DNA of 64,000 nt from Prasinococcaceae sp. CCMP 1430 (taxonomy: Eukaryota > Plantae > Prasinodermophyta), in contig RQSC01000630.1 in NCBI GenBank assembly GCA_013416795.1, forward strand, positions 165,742-229,741, in the 5' to 3' direction. Shown piece after piece: positions 54,986-64,000 of the stretch. The translations under genes and the position numbers were made by a program. Numbering within the stretch: the stretch's first letter is position 1; every line of letters starts with the position of its first letter. The notes beneath the pieces are model-generated. The model did no database searches. It was not told where the DNA came from and worked only from the letters and a program-made list of their open reading frames with translations.

Positions 54986-56321
54986 TCACGGGAAGTAGAC
55001 ATCGAGCACAGGCCCGGTGCGCCTGCATATCGGGCACTTCCCGCGGAGCGTCGCCGCGCAGCGCTGGCACGCGCACAGGTGGCCACACTTTATGAAGACG
55101 GCGCCGAGAGGCTCCTCGAGACAGACCACGCAGCGCCCCGTGTTCGCAGCGGCGGCTCGCGCGCTTGACCCTTCCCCTTCCCCACCGCCGCTCTGGGCCT
55201 CGCCCTCCTCCGCGAGCATTCTGCCGCGCGCGTGACATGTTAGAGAACGGCAGCGCGTGGATACGTGCTTGCGGTCGCAATCGCGGCCGACGAAGGAAAT
55301 CGCGCGCGAAGCAATCTGGCCACCTGCACGGCGCGTGCGCACCTTCGCCACGCCTCCATCGCCCTCTTGCCACGCCGCCTTCGTCGCATCGTTCTCAGCG
55401 CCCGACCGGCCACCAGCGCTGCCCCCAAGCCCACGAAGAGTGCGCCCAGCGAGGTGAGCGCGAGCGCGCCCCGGCCCGCGCGCGCGACGAGCTCGTCAAC
55501 CTCCAGCTTGCTGACCACGAATGGGCATACTTGCGCGCTGCCGCCGCACCGCTGCTTGCGCAAGAGCGCGCTGCCCGCACACGCGCCGCGCGGGCGAGGC
55601 TTGCGGAGCACCAGGCGAGGCGCGCCATCGCCTGCTGCGTCGGGCAGCAGGCTTGCCTCGCCGATGACAGTGACTTGCGTTCCGACCTTGAGCACGCTCT
55701 CGCGCCGGCGCAACCCGAGCAGCTTGAGGCCACGTAGGCAGTCCAGCCCCGACCGCAGGAGCCCCTTGGCGGTGCCGTCGGCCGGCTCGAAAGCGTCGTG
55801 CACCAACTCAAGCGCGCTGCCCAGGCAGCTGGCCTCCTCTGCGCCCACCACCTGTGCGCGCACGCCCGAGCCGTCGTCGACGGCCCAGGGGCGAATGTCG
55901 AGCTGCCTGTGCACGAGCCTCGATTCAGGTGCCCAACCGTCGCCGCGGTGGCCGAGGAAGTGCTGTTCGACGGACCTCTCCACAAGCACACCCTCCGAAC
56001 CGCTACGCGTGAGCGGGAGCGCATCGCCAAGTGGTGCCACGACGCCGCGCAGCGCGACCAGTGCGCAAGGCTGTATGGGTGCAAACGACTCGCACCGTCC
56101 CTGCAGCAGCCACAGTTCTGCGCGTTCTTCGCCACCACCGCCCGCTGCAAGCGCCGCGGCGATGCGGGCGCCGCTCGCGGGCGTGGCGCCCGCCAGAGCG
56201 CGCGAGTCGCTAGCGTCTTCTTACACAGCCCCGCCAGAAAAGGATATAAACTACGCAGCGTGCCTGCGCCGCCGAGCCCCAACCCTAGCCAGTGCACAGC
56301 CGCGCCGTCGATCCCGGCCAT
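54986..56321 (-). CDS. SP1: SP1/MUL1-type E3 ubiquitin ligase (TM-GIDE-TM-RING), multi-exon
   Basis: GVLVERSVEQHFL, PWAVDDGSG, GLDCLRGLKLLG..RESVLKVG..VTVIGEA, second TM, then CVVCLEE..AVFIKCGHLCACQRC..CPICRR; probable last intron 55221-55342. Confidence 0.9.
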
Positions 56322-56598
56322 TGCCGCGGGCGCGGCGTCGCGCTCATGCGTGCCCGCCGCCGGCGCCCTCCAGAGAGCGCGCTGTGGCACCGCATGCGCC
56401 CAGCCAGCGGTACGGTATGTGCCTGGTACAGGTCTCGGAGTCAATCGTACACTGTACAGATTTACGGAAAAAAAGAATTGCTGTGAAATGGTGGCAGTGT
56501 GGAGCGCGACGTGTGTGTCGGTGTGCGCGGGGACGGGGGGAGAAGGAGAGGGAGGCATAGGCAGCCGAGCGAGCAACACATGCAATGGCAAGCTCCGT

Positions 56599-59148
56599 TC
56601 ACCGTGCCGATATCTTGCCGTCGTCCGCGCCCCACCAAGGGTCGCCAGACCTGGTGCGCCTGTGCACAATCGTACCACGAGGCGCAGAGGTCGAGCCGAT
56701 GCGCCCGGCGCGCCCAGCGCTGCGCTCAGAGCCGCCAGAGTTTGACGCACCGCTGGCCATGCGCATGCCTGAGTAGGACTGGACGCGAGCACTCAGCTGT
56801 CTGCGTGCCCTCGGATTGACGACCCTCGGTGACGGCTGCTCTTCGAGCGAGAGTCTTTGGCGATCTCCCTTCTGCCAATTGTGCCTAACCCGTGGCGGTG
56901 CCCGCACGCTCAGCGCGGCGATTGCGCCGACTCCGCGCAGGCCCAATGCCCCTTTGCGCTTGTCGTTGAGCAAGTCCAACGCTGTGCGACGCTGCGCGGC
57001 CGCACTCGATTCGTGTGCACCCGAAGATCCCTCCGCCGCTTGGCGCGGCGAATGGTCGCTGCTTGCGCTCTCGTTGCTCGACTCCACGTTGGCGCCAGAG
57101 CGCCGCGACGACGACTCGTGCATGCAGGGCGAGACCGGCGACGCGGGCGGGCTGTAGTCACCCGCCTCGCCGCCGCCCTCCGCCCCCACATCTGTCGCCG
57201 CCGCCTTCGGGGCACGGTCAGGCTTGCCCTCCTTCGCCGCGCCCTGGCCCTCCGCAGACGCGGCATCGAGCTTTGCGTAGGCATCCTTGAGAGTGTCGCT
57301 GGGGGGGATGTCCTGCTCCTCGAGCACCGCGCGCTGCGCAGTGATCACCGTGTCGCGCAGCTGCACCGCGTCGCTGAGCGCCTCGATTTTCTGGAGGCGC
57401 TCCTTGCAGTGCGCCTCGCTGAGAAGCAGGTGCTCCTCCCCCTCCATCGCCTTGTACTCGAGCGCGCGTATCCGAAACTCGGCATTGACTAGCGCCTTTT
57501 TGTCCTTGCTCTTGAAGCGCTCGGAGTACTGCGAACGCTGGCGCGCATCTTCCGCCTCGTGCTTGCCGAGGCGAGCCTCCAGGCTCCCCTTAAGCTCAGT
57601 GTTCTTGTGCATGTTCGCTTCGATCGCTTCGATCTCCGCGCGCGCCGCGCGCACCGCCCTGGGCTCCGGCGTCCCCGCGGGGTGCTTGCCCGCCACCCAC
57701 GCATCCACCGTCTTCTGCAACGACGCACTTTCGGTGGCGTTGCGCGCTTGCATGTCCTCGAGATCAATTAGGGAGCGGCGCAGCTCCATGCGCTTGTGGG
57801 CGTTGTGCTTGACGGACGCACAGCATCGCACAAGCATCTTGCGCTCCTCGCTGTCGTCGGCGTCCCCCATCGCGTCCGGGCCGGCGCTCATCGCGTCCGG
57901 GCCGGCGCTCGGGTGCCCCCCCACACCGCCCTCGGTCAGCCTGTTCCGAAGCGAGGCGACCTCTTGCCTGAGATTCGCGATGATGGCCGTGTACTGCTCG
58001 ATCGCCGCGCTCACCTTGTCCACGTTGCGCTCGATCTTCATCTGGATGTTCTTCGCGCGGCTGGCGTACTTGAGCGTGTTGATGGTCTCCTCGAGGGAGA
58101 TGATCGAGGGGCCGACGTTGGCAATCATCGTCGTCCTGCAGTTACCGCCCAGCGAGTCCTTGAGCAGCCGCGTGAGCTTGCTGTCGCGGTACGGAATGTG
58201 CTGATTCTTGTTGCTCTTGTCGCCCAGCGCGTTGATGCAATTGCCGAGCGCCAGCAGCGAGCGGTTGATCTTGGCGCCCTCCAGCATGCGCTGGCCGCGG
58301 TTGTTGGTCTTAGACGCGCGCTCCGACCCCGCCAGGTCTACCAAGCTGAGCTTTCCAATGCGCACCGTGTCCTCCACCCCAGGAGAGCGGTCGCGCTGCT
58401 CGATGCGCACCTGAAGCACGGCGTGCGAGCGGCTCGAGTACGCGTTGGCGCCTGTGGCCTCCTGCGTGCGGTTGCGGTTGCCTCGCCGCAGCAGGTCCAT
58501 GATTTCTTCCGCAGAGATCGCCTCGTACTCTGTGATGCCGGGCACGCAGATGCCCTGCAACGGATCCTCGCGCACGTCGAGGTCGTCGCCCGGTGTGAGC
58601 AGGTCGCGGATGACCTCGTTGTACACCTCGAGATAGGAGAAGACGACCGTGAACTCCATCCCCTCGTTGTGGGGGTCGTCCCCGTCCTCGATGCGATCGA
58701 AGAGCTCCGCGAGCGTCTGCACCATGACGCCCGGCTGCGTCGGCGTGCCAATCATCGTGTACGTCTTGCCGGCGCCGGTGGCGCCGTACGCAAACACGGT
58801 CGCATTGTAGCCGTCCAGCACGCCCGGGATCAAGTTCTGCACCGTGAGGGTGTACAGGGTCTCCTGCTTGTCCCTCCCATCCAGCGCGAGGTCGAAGACG
58901 AACTTGCGCTCTCTCGAGCGGTGCCCTCGCAAGGCGTCGTTCTTGTCGTTAACGCGGTCGGCGACGACGATGTAGCGCCTGTCGAGCACGGTCACCGCGT
59001 CCGTGGGCGACGCCTCGCGCTCCTTTTGCGTGCTCGGCCGCACGCGCACTGCGACCAGGATGCGCTGGTCGGTCTCCACGTGCCCGCGCCCCGACGACGA
59101 CGCCTCCCCAACGTCGCGGTCCATCTGCGCCGCCGACACCTTACCCAT
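56599..59148 (-). CDS. Kinesin-8 family motor (KIF18/KIF19-like)
   Basis: VAVRVRP, FAYGATGAGKTYTM, YLEVYNE, SSRSHAVLQ, DLAGSERASKTNNRG, INRSLLALGNCINAL, PYRDSKLTRLLKDSLGGNCRT; first ATG at 59148. Confidence 0.95.
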   Translation of the reverse strand: MGKVSAAQMDRDVGEASSSGRGHVETDQRILVAVRVRPSTQKEREASPTDAVTVLDRRYIVVADRVNDKNDALRGHRSRERKFVFDLALDGRDKQETLYTLTVQNLIPGVLDGYNATVFAYGATGAGKTYTMIGTPTQPGVMVQTLAELFDRIEDGDDPHNEGMEFTVVFSYLEVYNEVIRDLLTPGDDLDVREDPLQGICVPGITEYEAISAEEIMDLLRRGNRNRTQEATGANAYSSRSHAVLQVRIEQRDRSPGVEDTVRIGKLSLVDLAGSERASKTNNRGQRMLEGAKINRSLLALGNCINALGDKSNKNQHIPYRDSKLTRLLKDSLGGNCRTTMIANVGPSIISLEETINTLKYASRAKNIQMKIERNVDKVSAAIEQYTAIIANLRQEVASLRNRLTEGGVGGHPSAGPDAMSAGPDAMGDADDSEERKMLVRCCASVKHNAHKRMELRRSLIDLEDMQARNATESASLQKTVDAWVAGKHPAGTPEPRAVRAARAEIEAIEANMHKNTELKGSLEARLGKHEAEDARQRSQYSERFKSKDKKALVNAEFRIRALEYKAMEGEEHLLLSEAHCKERLQKIEALSDAVQLRDTVITAQRAVLEEQDIPPSDTLKDAYAKLDAASAEGQGAAKEGKPDRAPKAAATDVGAEGGGEAGDYSPPASPVSPCMHESSSRRSGANVESSNESASSDHSPRQAAEGSSGAHESSAAAQRRTALDLLNDKRKGALGLRGVGAIAALSVRAPPRVRHNWQKGDRQRLSLEEQPSPRVVNPRARRQLSARVQSYSGMRMASGASNSGGSERSAGRAGRIGSTSAPRGTIVHRRTRSGDPWWGADDGKISAR

Positions 59149-59261
59149 GAACCGCGCCCTCGCGCGCAGCGCGCCGCTCGCCGGGCGCCGCGAGCCTCCG
59201 CCGCCCCCGGCCACCCTCCCCTCCGTCAGAAGGGCCTGGCCAAAGAGCGCCGCGCGTCCGA

Positions 59262-60094
59262 TTGCGCACGCCCCTTTCGCCCCCTCATCCCTCCGCTAAC
59301 CCCCAATCGACGCCATATGCCCTCGCTTGCGCCGTGCGCGGTCGCCCTCAGGCCGCTCATGGCGGCGTCCGCGCGACTCAGAGGGTCGCCGAGGCGCGCG
59401 TCAAGGCCCACCAGGAGGCGGCCGAGCGCCTCGCCGCCGCAACCCAGCGCCGCACCGAAGTCGCTGTCGCAAAGGAGGCACGTCTGGCCGCCGCGGCCGC
59501 CCGTCGCGCTGCAGCGCGCCTTCGCGCGAGCAGTGCGCCCTCGACGACCGCTGGCGTATCCGCGAGGCGCGCTGAGGCCGCCGCGAGGCGCCGCACCGAG
59601 GCGCTCGCGCGCGTCAGAGAGAGGGCCGCCACGTCTTCGCGCCGTGCGGCTGCTGCCGCCGAGCGCATGGCTTCCGAGCGCGTCTTCCGCGCCGAGCGCT
59701 CAAAGACCCGCGTGGGGGCGGCCGCTCGCCGCCGCACGGCGGCCCTCGCCGCCGTGTGCGCCAAGGCGCGCGCCGCATCTCGCGGAGCGCTGTCCCAGGC
59801 GTCCGAGCGTCGTGCCAAGGCGGCCGCGGCGCTGGAGGCCGCTGCGGCCGCCGGCGAGAAGCGCCGCTCCGAGGCCGCTAAGCGCCGTGCCTCCCGGTTC
59901 GGTTCCATGAGCGCCGGAAAGGCCCTCAAGGAAGTCTCCGAGGAGCTCAAGGCGGGCGCTCCCACTCGCATCCGCACTGCCGACCTTGAGGCGGCCGCCA
60001 CGCGCCGCAGGCGCTTCATGGAGTCACGCGTGCAGGTCGCGCGCACCTACGCTGTGGAGCGCGTCGAGCGCGCGCACAAGCAACGCGCTGCTGC
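59262..60094 (+). CDS. Ala/Arg-rich helical ORF fragment, cut by n at 60095
   Basis: Open frame with a repetitive RxAAA helix pattern; no clear start codon. Confidence 0.4.
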
Positions 60095-60095
60095 N

Positions 60096-61272
60096 GGCGC
60101 GGGCGCGGCGGCGCAGGCGCGGGCGCGATGGCAGCGCGGGGGAAGTGGCAGATGGACTTCGGCTGCCGCGACTCCATGGGCGGCGTCGTCGACCCGCTCG
60201 GCTACGAGGCCAGGGCGTACGCCGAGGTGCGAACGGCGCTGCGCGACCGGCGGAGAGCGCGGAGCGGGCGGCGCGGCGGTCGCGAGCTGACGCGCGCGCC
60301 GGGCGCGCTCCTCCGCGCGAAATTCGCAGGACGAAAGCGGCAAGGGGCGCCTGCGCATCGATGAGGCCAAGCTCAGCGCAGCCAAGATGAAGGTGAGCGG
60401 TGCGGGGCAGGGCTCGCACGCACGCGGCGCCACGGTCCTTAGGGTTGGTGCACGCTAGGGGCGCGCGCGCCCGGCGACCCGGATCTGGCGCCAGGTGACG
60501 CGCGCGCCGCACGACCTCGGCCTGACGTGCGCTCGCACCCCGCCCTGCACCCTGCCTTTTCTGGTGGCCGAAGCGCGCTTGGGCGACGGCGACGAAGCCA
60601 GTGCAGAGCATTGGCATGATGGGCTTCATGCTGTGGATGAGTGGCGCGTCGCTCAACATCTTCTCGATGATGACGGTCGGCAGCGCCCTCTGGCAGCCCC
60701 TCTCGGCCGTGCTCAAGGCGGACGACGTCTTCTCGCCCTTCGCCGACGACCGCAACAACGTGCTGCTGCCCAAGCTTGTCTACTGCCTGATCAACTTTGG
60801 CGGGATGATGCTCGGCCTGTGGAAGCTCAACACGCTCGGCTTGCTGCCCACGCACGTGAGCGACTGGGAGTCGGGGCTGCCGCCGCCGCTCTCTGCTGAG
60901 ATGGCCACCGCGGGCGTGGCGCTGTAGATCGCTCCGGCGCGCGTGCCATGCCACCGGCGCTCGCCCCACTGTATCATAGTCCGTACACACGCCAGCGCAC
61001 CGCACTCCGCCCCGTGGCCGCTGGCGCCGCGGCGCGCGGCGCACAGATGCTCGCGCAGCACAGAAAGAGCTCTCCCGTGGGTACATTTACCCCCGTGCAC
61101 GATCACGGACTGCGGCCGCGACCTCCGAGCGCAGCTGGGCCGCAATCTCTTCGACATCCAGCGGCCATCGGAGATCGCCTGGTCAAAGCACGGGGATTTT
61201 TGCGGCGGATTTTTGCGACGGATTGTTGATCTCCGGAGGTGCGTGTTTTCGGGCGCCTTCCGTCGAATTGGC
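60096..61272 (+). repeat. 1177-bp segment, copy 1 (copy 2 at 62449-63625)
   Basis: Constant offset of 2353; no differences seen by eye. Confidence 0.93.
60128..60927 (+). CDS. EMC4: ER membrane protein complex subunit 4, copy 1; exons 60128-60226, 60330-60392, 60574-60927
   Basis: KWQMDF..DPLGY; RAWATATKPVQSIGMMGFMLWMSG...SALWQP...KLNTLGLLPTHVSDW. Confidence 0.93.
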
Positions 61273-61736
61273 GCCACCCGCCCTTCCCTCTCCCCCTCCC
61301 CCCGCTCTCTCCCCCAGGCGGCCGCCCGGGCCGGCCGGGCGGCGGTGTGGAGCGAGCGAGGCGTCGCTCGTCACGTGCCGCATCAAATCGGACGTCGCCG
61401 CGTGGTATCGCCGCGTTCGTGCGGGGGCGGGAAACGGCGCTTCGAAACGGCGCGCCCCCGCCGGCGCGCGCGAAAAACAAAAAAAAGCCGCCGAAGCCGC
61501 GAAAAAAAAGCGCGTTTCGAGGGCGCGTGCCCGCGCGGAAAACCGCAACCTTTCGGCGGGGATGAAGGGTGTGAAATGACGTCGCGAAGCGCGAATCATG
61601 GACCCTGTATGCAGAATTAACCCAATCCTTTTTTTTTGGGGGGGGGGCGCGGCGAGCGAGCCCGCTTTCGCGCGCGCGCGCGCGGGCCAAAAACGCGCGA
61701 GCGCTGCGCGGTGCGGGGGCGTGCCACAGTGCGCGC

Positions 61737-61868
61737 NNNNNNNNNNNNNNNNNNNNNNNNNNNNNNNNNNNNNNNNNNNNNNNNNNNNNNNNNNNNNNNN
61801 NNNNNNNNNNNNNNNNNNNNNNNNNNNNNNNNNNNNNNNNNNNNNNNNNNNNNNNNNNNNNNNNNNNN
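61737..61868. other. Scaffold gap (132 N)
   Basis: Read directly. Confidence 0.99.
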
Positions 61869-61899
61869 CGCCGCCGCGGGGCGCGCGCGCCCCTGGCAG

Positions 61900-62440
61900 A
61901 TGTCGGCGCGCCTCGACGCCGTCTTCCGCGCCGTGCAGGCTGATGGGGCGGGCGGCGGCGCTGCCGTGGGTGGCACGGGTGGCGGAGTTCCTGCGGCGCC
62001 GGGCGCGAACCGCCGCGCGCTCGTGGACGAGCGCTCGTGGGAGGAGCTCTCTGAGGACGAGCATGGCAACCTGCGCGGCACGGCGCGAAAGGGCGGCGCG
62101 GCGGGTGCGGGCGCGGCGTATCTCGCGGCGCAGCACACCCCTGAGGAGCTTGCGCGAGCTGCGAAGCGCGCACGGCGTGGCGTCATTCGTTACGTTGTCC
62201 TCGTGCTGGACTGCTCGAAGGCGGCGGCGGCAACCGATGTGAGGCCGAGCCGAGCAGGCGCGACGGCGGTGGCCGCGGCTGCGCTCGTGCGCGAGTTCTT
62301 CGACGCAAACCCGCTGTCGCACATGGCGGTGCTGGCGATGCACGACGGGGTGTGCGTGCGCCTGTCTGAGCTCAGCGCGAGCACGGACACCCACCTCGCC
62401 GCCATTCGCGCGGCACCCTCGCCGTCAGGCGACGCGAGCG
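61900..62440 (+). CDS. GTF2H2: TFIIH subunit p44/Ssl1, N-terminal vWA part only (fragment)
   Basis: ERSWEELSEDEHGNLR, RRGVIRYVVLVLDCS, DVRPSR, REFFDANPLSHM, SGDAS; sequence then switches into the EMC4 upstream region. Confidence 0.9.
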
Positions 62441-62448
62441 TAGCCGCG

Positions 62449-63625
62449 GGCGCGGGCGCGGCGGCGCAGGCGCGGGCGCGATGGCAGCGCGGGGGAAGTG
62501 GCAGATGGACTTCGGCTGCCGCGACTCCATGGGCGGCGTCGTCGACCCGCTCGGCTACGAGGCCAGGGCGTACGCCGAGGTGCGAACGGCGCTGCGCGAC
62601 CGGCGGAGAGCGCGGAGCGGGCGGCGCGGCGGTCGCGAGCTGACGCGCGCGCCGGGCGCGCTCCTCCGCGCGAAATTCGCAGGACGAAAGCGGCAAGGGG
62701 CGCCTGCGCATCGATGAGGCCAAGCTCAGCGCAGCCAAGATGAAGGTGAGCGGTGCGGGGCAGGGCTCGCACGCACGCGGCGCCACGGTCCTTAGGGTTG
62801 GTGCACGCTAGGGGCGCGCGCGCCCGGCGACCCGGATCTGGCGCCAGGTGACGCGCGCGCCGCACGACCTCGGCCTGACGTGCGCTCGCACCCCGCCCTG
62901 CACCCTGCCTTTTCTGGTGGCCGAAGCGCGCTTGGGCGACGGCGACGAAGCCAGTGCAGAGCATTGGCATGATGGGCTTCATGCTGTGGATGAGTGGCGC
63001 GTCGCTCAACATCTTCTCGATGATGACGGTCGGCAGCGCCCTCTGGCAGCCCCTCTCGGCCGTGCTCAAGGCGGACGACGTCTTCTCGCCCTTCGCCGAC
63101 GACCGCAACAACGTGCTGCTGCCCAAGCTTGTCTACTGCCTGATCAACTTTGGCGGGATGATGCTCGGCCTGTGGAAGCTCAACACGCTCGGCTTGCTGC
63201 CCACGCACGTGAGCGACTGGGAGTCGGGGCTGCCGCCGCCGCTCTCTGCTGAGATGGCCACCGCGGGCGTGGCGCTGTAGATCGCTCCGGCGCGCGTGCC
63301 ATGCCACCGGCGCTCGCCCCACTGTATCATAGTCCGTACACACGCCAGCGCACCGCACTCCGCCCCGTGGCCGCTGGCGCCGCGGCGCGCGGCGCACAGA
63401 TGCTCGCGCAGCACAGAAAGAGCTCTCCCGTGGGTACATTTACCCCCGTGCACGATCACGGACTGCGGCCGCGACCTCCGAGCGCAGCTGGGCCGCAATC
63501 TCTTCGACATCCAGCGGCCATCGGAGATCGCCTGGTCAAAGCACGGGGATTTTTGCGGCGGATTTTTGCGACGGATTGTTGATCTCCGGAGGTGCGTGTT
63601 TTCGGGCGCCTTCCGTCGAATTGGC
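62449..63625 (+). repeat. 1177-bp segment, copy 2
   Basis: Matches 60096-61272. Confidence 0.93.
62481..63280 (+). CDS. EMC4: ER membrane protein complex subunit 4, copy 2
   Basis: Same exon structure and translation as copy 1. Confidence 0.9.
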
Positions 63626-64000
63626 CCAACCCCGCGGCCGCGGCCCCCCCCCCCCCCCCCTCGCCGCGCCGCCCGTGCGCGGCGCGGCGCGCGCGTCAAA
63701 TTCCATATGACCTGCGCTCAGCGCCGAATCGAACCCTACCCTTTAAAACGTCGGGAGCGAACCCTATTCCCCTCGCCCGCCGTGTCGCGCATTTCGCGCG
63801 GCCGCTCGAAAAAAAAAACGCCGGGGCGCGCCGCGCCGGCGGGGCGGCAGGATACCTCTGGAAGCGTTTTCGCGCACATTTGAAGGGCGCGGTCCGCGAT
63901 TTCGCAGGTGTGTGGGCATGGGGACCGCGCGGGCGGGCGGGCATTTCGGCTGCCGCGGCGCCGTCGCGCGATCTCGCGCGTGGGGCACGCGCGCGCGCGG

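Noticed and set aside
57796-59910. 704-aa + strand ORF
   Set aside because: Antisense shadow of the kinesin gene.

Overview
Gene-dense, very GC-rich eukaryotic nuclear DNA with short GT-AG introns and GCTGAC/GCTAAC-type branch sites. Nuclear-encoded plastid proteins (ChlM, SufB, uL18c, lumenal FKBP, SP1-type E3 ligase) point to a green alga, probably prasinophyte-grade (inference). About 30 coding units are visible. Recognisable ones include PRMT5, a bacterial-type PEP carboxylase, SufB, an FKBP17-1-like PPIase, plastid L18, CPSF100, golgin-84, an HMG-box protein, an SP1/MUL1-like ligase, a kinesin-8 and EMC4 (two apparently identical copies). There are also fragments of CCT7, an ABCG transporter and TFIIH p44. 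The scaffold is a rough draft: two N gaps, four single-n joins, a 274-nt poly-T, a 1.18-kb duplication and several genes cut at CG-rich runs. The most striking item is an uninterrupted in-frame ChlM(N-half)-PEPC ORF, which could be a real fusion or a seamless misjoin. Other unusual items are a Cys-motif/CPR-type reductase, a J-TPR-WD40 protein, a Tat-signal protein with natural (EAAAK)8 repeats and a candidate Dsn1. I recognised no rRNA, tRNA, CRISPR array or transposon. All family calls come from motif recognition by eye; no database search was run.
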